From Candidatus Curtissbacteria bacterium (GTDB lineage Bacteria; Patescibacteriota; Microgenomatia; Curtissbacterales; GWA2-41-24): 64,000 nucleotides of DNA. The notes beneath the pieces are model-generated. The model saw only the letters and a list, made by a program, of their open reading frames with translations, ran no database searches and was not told where the DNA came from. A program made the translations under genes and the position numbers. Location of the stretch: contig JACPEV010000013.1 of assembly GCA_016183325.1 (NCBI GenBank), positions 4,837 to 68,836 on the forward strand, written 5' to 3'. Shown here piece by piece: positions 57,694 through 64,000 of the stretch (within the stretch, counting starts at the first letter, position 1; each line of letters begins with the position of its first letter).

Positions 57694-58050
57694 ATGACAA
57701 TTGAAATTAAAACTATGTTGTTTGGACTTTTCCCTGTTAGTCGGACGGAACTTATGCCGGGTGAAAAAGTTCCTTTTGTGAGAAGGGGGTCTTGCAGACT
57801 ACAAGATGATTTTGTGCCCAAAGCCGGTGAGTTAATGGTAGTTAATGGCAATACAGTGAGATTGCCCGGAGGCGAGCTGGTAAGTGGTGGAAGTGGTAAT
57901 GGTTTGAGAACAGGGGATCAGATTTTTAGACCTGTCGAGCTGAGAAGAGATGAGATTAATATGGCAGACCTCCAACGCATATCTGATTCAAATAGCCATA
58001 GGCAAGGTGTAAGTGTTTTAGTTGAAAAAATTGTTTGGAGAAAGGATTAG
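57694..58050 (+). CDS. Hypothetical protein
   Basis: ORF filling the gap before the convergent clp gene. Confidence 0.45.
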   Translation: MTIEIKTMLFGLFPVSRTELMPGEKVPFVRRGSCRLQDDFVPKAGELMVVNGNTVRLPGGELVSGGSGNGLRTGDQIFRPVELRRDEINMADLQRISDSNSHRQGVSVLVEKIVWRKD

Positions 58051-60467
58051 GAAACGAAGCCGAGCAGGGTTGTGGCGGGGATCGTGTCGCCGTTTCTAAT
58101 CTGGGAAGCGATGATCATTCTGGCGATGCCATCCTGGAGCCTGTCGGCAATTAATCTTCTGATTGGTCTTGCACCAAATTGGGGATCGTAGCCGGCCGTG
58201 GCAATTTTTTGGGCAAGCTCCGGGCTAATTTCAAGCGTAATATTTTTGGTGTCTTTAAGCTCCTGGGCCAGTCTTTGCAGCATCAGAGTAGTTACCTGGA
58301 TGACTTCTGGCGGGGCCAGGGGTTTGTAAACAACGACTGCGTCGAAGCGATTGATAAGCTCCGGAGAAAAGAAGCCTTTTTGCAGGACATAATCAATTAG
58401 TTTTTGACTGAGGGTTGAACCCTTCTTAGGGTTCAACCCTTGGGATTCTTGACTGGCTATCCCTTCCCTGATAAACTCGGCGGCGGCATTGCTGGTGGCA
58501 ATAATGATGATATTGTCAAAGCTAACCCTTTTGCCAAAGGCGTCGGTCACAAAACCTTCCTCAAAAATTTGCAAAAATAAGTTGTGCACAGCAGGCGCAG
58601 CTTTTTCGAACTCGTCAATCAAAAGCAGGCTAAAGGGATACTGGCGCACCAAAGATGTCAGTTGGCCGGGCATTTTGGTTTGGGCATCGCCAATGAGCCT
58701 TTCAATAGCCTCCTTGCTGTTAAACTCCGACATATCCAGTCTGATCATCCGCTCCTCAGAACCAAAATAAGTTTCTGCTAAAGCCTTGGCCGTTTCGGTT
58801 TTGCCAACACCGGTAGGGCCCAAGAAAAGAAATGAACCGACCGGCCGCCTGCCAACTTCAATACCGGCACGGGCTCGCCTTAAGGCGCGGGCTATTTGGA
58901 TAATGGCTTCATCCTGGCCAATCACCCGTTTGTGCAAAATTGCCTCCAGGTTGGTCAGTTTTTCTGATTCCTTTTCGGTGATTTTGCCAACGGGAATTTT
59001 GGCTATTTGAGAAATGACTTCATCAACCAAGGTTGGGGCAATGATTGCAAAATTGCGCCTTTTGGCTTCGGCTATTGAGTCTTGAAGGATTATAATTGAT
59101 TTGTCGGGCTGATATCTGGCGGCAATTAACTTTTGCGACTTTTGGACCATTTCGCTGATGGCCGCTAGACTCGTGGCGATTTTCTCTTTTTGATAAATTG
59201 CCAGGACTCTGCCGATTAAAATAATTGTAGTTTCTTCTGCGCTGGTTTCAGTAACATCTATTTTTTCAAAAACTTTTAAAAGGCTGGCATTTGGCCTGAT
59301 AAATTCATTAAATTCGTCAAGGGTGGTGATACCGATAATCGGCAGGGAGTTGTCGGTTAAAATTTGGGTTAAAACTTCGGTTAGATCGATGCGTCCTGCC
59401 GCCGAGCTGGTGATCCTGTCAATATTGTCAATCGCCAGAATAATATTGCCGGCATGTTTAGCCTCGGCCAGGATCGCTTCAAAGTTACTTTTAACCTCAA
59501 GCATGTTTTTACCGGTACCGGCAAGAGCAGTTGAGTCAAGAAGCATGACGCGGCGGCCAATCAAAGATTTAATTTGGGATCTTTGAATTTGCGAGGCCAA
59601 GCTTTCCAAAACTGTATGTCTGCCGACTCCCGGCTCACCGACTAGAAGAATGTTATTATCAAAAGGACGATTGATGACCTTTTCGATTTGGTCAATCAGT
59701 GGTTTTCTGGGGTATGATGCCGGCAGACTTTGTTTGGTTAACTGGGTGCTGAAAGCATCCAGTGTATTGGTGTAACCAAAGTTGAGCATTTGGCCAAGTG
59801 GGATACCCGCGAATTTGACAGGATTTTCGATGTGGTCTTTGAGGTAGTCGACAAGAGTTAGAAACTGGGAGGTCTTGAGATTTTTTTGCTCCAGGAATCT
59901 TGTTAAAGTGGGCCAATTTTGGGCTAAGTTCGTAACTATTTCGTAGGGGTTTTGCCCTTCTTTGATTTTTAGGGAGGCTGGAGGAGGCATATTTTGGAAA
60001 ATCGTTTTTAGATCTTCTTCAAAGAAAATACTTAAAAATTTAAATAAGGCAGTTTTTTGCAGTTTTTGTAAAAATTTTTGGGCACTTTCCAAATCAGTCG
60101 CGAAAAAATTATTGTTTTTAAAGTTTTGATACTGGGGATATGAGAGAAAGGGGAAGACCAAGTAAGCCAAGATGGCAATCGGCTGGAAAATAATTACAAG
60201 CAAGGTAGCAAAAAGGCCGGTTAGTATCAAAAGGCTTCTGACTGCGGCGCCAACGATTCTGGAGATGATGTCAAAGGAAAGTCGATCAAGAAGTTTTTCC
60301 TTGGGTTTGGCGGTGAGTCTACGGTAGGGTGCGAAGAGATTTTTAAGAAGGCCGGCGATGTTGAAGTAGGTAAAGACGGCAGCAATTTGCTCTTGGCGTG
60401 AGTTGATAAAGTCTGGTAGAGCTTTTTCGAAATGCCAGGATAGGTAATCGGGTTTGTCCATCCTCAT
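58047..60467 (-). CDS. ClpA/ClpB-family ATPase with membrane N-terminus
   Basis: Degenerate GEPGVGR, intact GPTGVGKT, DEFEKA and FGARPIRR. Confidence 0.92.
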   Translation of the reverse strand: MRMDKPDYLSWHFEKALPDFINSRQEQIAAVFTYFNIAGLLKNLFAPYRRLTAKPKEKLLDRLSFDIISRIVGAAVRSLLILTGLFATLLVIIFQPIAILAYLVFPFLSYPQYQNFKNNNFFATDLESAQKFLQKLQKTALFKFLSIFFEEDLKTIFQNMPPPASLKIKEGQNPYEIVTNLAQNWPTLTRFLEQKNLKTSQFLTLVDYLKDHIENPVKFAGIPLGQMLNFGYTNTLDAFSTQLTKQSLPASYPRKPLIDQIEKVINRPFDNNILLVGEPGVGRHTVLESLASQIQRSQIKSLIGRRVMLLDSTALAGTGKNMLEVKSNFEAILAEAKHAGNIILAIDNIDRITSSAAGRIDLTEVLTQILTDNSLPIIGITTLDEFNEFIRPNASLLKVFEKIDVTETSAEETTIILIGRVLAIYQKEKIATSLAAISEMVQKSQKLIAARYQPDKSIIILQDSIAEAKRRNFAIIAPTLVDEVISQIAKIPVGKITEKESEKLTNLEAILHKRVIGQDEAIIQIARALRRARAGIEVGRRPVGSFLFLGPTGVGKTETAKALAETYFGSEERMIRLDMSEFNSKEAIERLIGDAQTKMPGQLTSLVRQYPFSLLLIDEFEKAAPAVHNLFLQIFEEGFVTDAFGKRVSFDNIIIIATSNAAAEFIREGIASQESQGLNPKKGSTLSQKLIDYVLQKGFFSPELINRFDAVVVYKPLAPPEVIQVTTLMLQRLAQELKDTKNITLEISPELAQKIATAGYDPQFGARPIRRLIADRLQDGIARMIIASQIRNGDTIPATTLLGFVS

Positions 60468-60527
60468 TTAAATTTAACAGATGGGCATAGTTGACTTCAA
60501 AGACCAGTCTGTGTTAGATTTCGCCGA

Positions 60528-61262
60528 ATGAACCCGGAATTTGGGGCAATTCACCAGCTGGCGCAAGAAAGAGCAGGCCAGCTTTTTTCAGAGCGAGAAC
60601 GGCAAGTTTTGCAGGAGCGAGTGGACGGCAAAACGATGGTGCAGATTGGCTTGGCTTTGGCTATTACTACCGGTACCGTTGCTAAACATCTCCAGAACAT
60701 GTCTGAAAAGACTGGCGAATTCATGGGTGATGACCCCGAGGATTCCGTGGCTAAACATTCTTTGTTAGCCATGGTTGTGCTGGTGCGCTATAAGTTGGTT
60801 GACATAAGCGGCCTACCAAAAAGTTCCAAAGATGTTTTAACCCCAAGGGAGCAAGAGGTGGTCGGGTTGTTGGTCCAGGGTTTGGGCGCAGCGGCGATTG
60901 CCGACAGACTGACAGTTACCGAATCGACAGTTCATAAACATCAGCTGAACGCCCGGGCCAAACTTGGTATCCACAGTGTCTTTCAGCTGTTGGCTTGGGC
61001 TACCAGGGAAGAGCTTGACGTTCAAGACAATTCAAAGCCTGTTACCGAAAGACAAATCGAGGTTTTGCAGAGAATTGCATCGGGTTTAAATTTAGAGGAA
61101 ATTGCCCGTGATTTGGGAGTGGCCAGATCAACTGTTGAAGATCACCGGCTGAACATCATTAAGAGGTGCGGTAGTATTGCCGAGGCGCTGGAAATGGGCG
61201 CGCGCCAAGGATGGATTGAGCGTAGTACGAGTAATATACCTCATCTAATTCCGATTGCATAA
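60528..61262 (+). CDS. Protein with three LuxR-type HTH domains
   Basis: SERERQVL, TPREQEVV and TERQIEVL repeats, each followed by TV..H. Confidence 0.85.
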   Translation: MNPEFGAIHQLAQERAGQLFSERERQVLQERVDGKTMVQIGLALAITTGTVAKHLQNMSEKTGEFMGDDPEDSVAKHSLLAMVVLVRYKLVDISGLPKSSKDVLTPREQEVVGLLVQGLGAAAIADRLTVTESTVHKHQLNARAKLGIHSVFQLLAWATREELDVQDNSKPVTERQIEVLQRIASGLNLEEIARDLGVARSTVEDHRLNIIKRCGSIAEALEMGARQGWIERSTSNIPHLIPIA

Positions 61263-61292
61263 TTGTACTTCAAAGATTAGAATTTGCAAGCA

Positions 61293-62953
61293 ATGTTTCG
61301 TGATTATTACGAGGTTCGGGATTGGTTGGAGAGTTTTATACCTTTAGTTTATGGGAAAGAAGAGTTGGGTTTGGCGCGGATTGAATACCTTTTAAAACTT
61401 CTTGGAAATCCTGAGCGAAAGTTTAAGTCTGTCCATATTGCGGGGACGAGTGGGAAGGGAAGTACGGCGTTTTATACGGCGAAGCTCCTTCAGTGGGTCA
61501 GTGAGTCAGTGAGTCAGAAAATCGGTGAATCAGTGAATCAGAATCACCGAAATACCGAAATACCGAATCACCGAATTGGTCTTCATGTTTCGCCGCATTT
61601 GGTGGATATTCGGGAGAGAATGCAGATATTTAGAAGTGGAAAGTGGAAAGTGGAAAGTGGAAAGTTTGAGGATTCATTAATGTCAATGGATCGATTCATT
61701 AGATTAATGAATGAAGTTAAGGCAGTGGTTGAGAAAATACAGAGAACAAAACCAGAATGAGAAAATACAGAGAACAAAACCAGAATTGACTCCTAGTTAT
61801 TTTGAGATTTTGGTGGCAGCGAGTTTTAAATATTTTGCAGAGGAGAAAGTGGACTGGGCGGTTGTGGAGGTAGGTCTTGGTGGGAGACTTGATGCGACAA
61901 ATGTCTTGCAACCAGAACTTACAGTGATTACTAATGTGGGGCTGGATCACACTGAGATTTTGGGAAAGACAGTTGAAAAGATTGCATGGGAAAAGGCGGG
62001 AATCATTAAGTCAAAAGTATCAAAAGTACCAAAGGGAGACAAACCCGGTTTGAATGAACTACAAACCGGGTTTGGGGTGAAAATGGGTATTCCAGTCATT
62101 ACAGCAGCGAGAGGAAAAGCGCTGAAAGTGATAGAGAAGGTGGCGAAAGAAAAGGGTGCAGAAGTGATTTTCCGATGGTCCATTTTTGGCATATGAGGCA
62201 GTAAAACAGCTAGGTTTATCTTTTTATTCTTCGAGCCTCTCGAGCAAGTCTCGAGGTAAACTGAGTCGAGAAGTTTCCTCTAAGAATATACTAGTTTCTA
62301 AGGTAGGTTCTCGACCCTTCGACAAGCTCAGGGCTCGAACAATAATTAAAAAGGTGTTTTCGGAAACTTTCCCGGGAAGATTTGAGGAGATTGACAGGGG
62401 TGTGATTTTGGATGGAGCGCATAATCCCGACAAAATTCGCTTTTTGATCAGGTTGATCAAAAAGACATTTGACATTAAACATTTGACATTTGACAAAGAA
62501 AAAAAGAAGTCAATGGTCAATGGTCAATGGTCAATTGTTCTTATACTTGCTTTCAAAAAGGGGAAAAATTGGAAAGAGATAATTGATATTTTGATGAAGA
62601 ATTTGCCTGTTAAAAAAGTGATAGCGACAAAGTTTTGGGCCAGTACGGATATGGGAAAATTTCAAGCGGTTGAACCGGAAGAAATAGCGGAATATATCAG
62701 AATTAAGAATTATGAAATAAGAATTAAGGATAAAGAAAATTCACAAGAGGCGGTTTTTGAGGCTGTAAGTCTTGCTCCCTCCACCCCCGGGGTGAAAGGA
62801 GCCTACACCCCGGGGGTGTCTTTATCTTTAATTTTAGTTACCGGCTCGCTTTACTTAGTCGGTGAAGTGCGGACGATGTGGGAATTGCCATCCTTCTCCG
62901 GCAAAGCCGGATTCGGTGGGCGAGCCGGAATTTTGAGCATTTTTGCTGCTTGA
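61293..62953 (+). pseudogene. folC: Folylpolyglutamate synthase broken into three ORFs
   Basis: HIAGTSGKGST, EVGLGGRLDATN, DGAHN and TGSLYLVG; 28-bp duplication at 61730-61785 and a second shift near 62170-62185. Confidence 0.85.
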
Positions 62954-62984
62954 TACATACACATCTTTGTGCTAAAATGTATGT

Positions 62985-63227
62985 ATGTTAAATAAAAGGA
63001 CAAATATCTTGTTTGATGAGAAGATGTGGCAGAGGCTAACTAACAAGGCAAAAGAAAGAAAAACTTCCGTAGGAAAGCTGGTCAGGCAAGCCGTGGAGAA
63101 AGCCTATGTTGCGGATGAGGAATTGGAAAAGAGGAAAAAAGCATTGGAGGAAATTTTAAAGATTAGAAAAGTTAGCAAAAAACGAATCGATTATAAGTTT
63201 CTTATTAACTATGGTCGTAAGTATTAA
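62985..63227 (+). CDS. CopG/RHH antitoxin
   Basis: RTNILFDE...SVGKLVRQAV. Confidence 0.8.
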   Translation: MLNKRTNILFDEKMWQRLTNKAKERKTSVGKLVRQAVEKAYVADEELEKRKKALEEILKIRKVSKKRIDYKFLINYGRKY

Positions 63228-63621
63228 AGCCTTTGTTATCGATGCCTCCTTTGTGCTTTCATCACTATTACCAGACGAGGAATCTCCCGAAGCCGACAAA
63301 TTATTAAAAAAATTTGTTATTGGAGAGATTGACCTGGTATCAACAAACGTATTTGAGCTGGAAGTATTTAACGGTTTTAGGTCTGCAATTTTGCAAAAGC
63401 GTGTTTCCAGTGAAAATGTTTTAGCAATTGCGGAAAGGTTCCTCAAACTTGGAATCTCTTGCGAGAATATCGATTCCTATGGGGCCTTTTTGATTTCGCA
63501 GAAAGAAAATCTAAGCGTTTACGATGCTTCGTATGTATGGCTTGCAAGATCAAAGAATTTCCCACTTTTGACACTCGATGCCAAGTTAAGACGAATTCTC
63601 AGCGAACATAGGCGAAATTAA
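63211..63621 (+). CDS. PIN domain (VapC) toxin
   Basis: VIDAS, LEVFN, SVYDASY and LTLD. Confidence 0.88.
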   Translation: MVVSIKAFVIDASFVLSSLLPDEESPEADKLLKKFVIGEIDLVSTNVFELEVFNGFRSAILQKRVSSENVLAIAERFLKLGISCENIDSYGAFLISQKENLSVYDASYVWLARSKNFPLLTLDAKLRRILSEHRRN

Positions 63622-63644
63622 GCAAAGCCTTTCTACGAATAAAA

Positions 63645-63694
63645 TACTGGGTCGGCGAGGTCTGACCTTGTGGCAGTTGCCCTCCTTCGCATGA
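63645..63694 (+). pseudogene. Diverged duplicate of the folC 3' end
   Basis: YWVGEV-(1-nt loss)-TLWQLPSFA* versus folC YLVGEVRTMWELPSFS at 62852-62899. Confidence 0.8.
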
Positions 63695-63787
63695 AGTTTC
63701 GGAGGGTGAACCCTCCTTCACGTAAAGTTTCCGTTGACGCTAAAGCTGTATCGGACAAGTCGGTTGGACGAGCCGGAGCTTTGAGAG

Positions 63788-64000
63788 TCATCCAAGGCTT
63801 AGGCCAATGGTGCCTAAGACTACTAGTAAGATGCCGAGTTTTTGGAAAAATTTAAGTTTTTCTTTGAAAAGGAGTGCGGAAATGACGGCCGTTGCGGCGG
63901 GAATGGTGCTGAAAATTACGGTGACGAAAGAGACTTCGTAGATTTCTATAGCTTTATTGTAGGCAATGAAAGACAAAACATCACCGGCGGCGATGAAAAG
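63788..64000 (-). CDS. EamA/DMT family transporter, C-terminal part (runs off window)
   Basis: YNKAI...VS.V....P.....S.LLFKEKL...Q.LG. Confidence 0.8.
   Translation of the reverse strand, partial: LFIAAGDVLSFIAYNKAIEIYEVSFVTVIFSTIPAATAVISALLFKEKLKFFQKLGILLVVLGTIGLSLG

Overview
Chromosomal window of a Candidate Phyla Radiation (Patescibacteria, probably Microgenomates-like) bacterium. The taxonomy is inferred from the intron-laden 16S gene, its primer-site variants and the gene repertoire. Core content: F1Fo ATP synthase operon, Xer-type recombinase, three CAU tRNAs, trpS, ftsH, 5'-3' exonuclease, mutM, recF, ATP-dependent ligase, pth, a MEP isoprenoid cluster (dxr-ispD-ispF-ispE-ispG-ispH) followed by polyprenyl synthase and uppS, cupin PGI, glmS, trmH, two pilins, an unlinked 16S rRNA gene with four insertions, tRNA-Cys, tRNA-Ile, a Clp ATPase, a broken folC and several toxin-antitoxin modules. 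Three unusual patterns stand out. (1) Recoded, diverged duplicates of gene ends sit next to xer, trpS, ispH, glmS and folC, in three cases bracketing cargo (NYN nuclease, HicBA, a PIN toxin-antitoxin pair). This suggests a repeated gene-end-replacing mode of DNA acquisition. (2) A complete tRNA(CAU) is nested in the anticodon loop of another intact-looking tRNA(CAU). (3) Families of short palindromes and 7-9-mer tandem repeats are inserted in frame into conserved proteins and also into the rRNA and its group II intron. Coordinates were counted by eye and may be off by a few bases.
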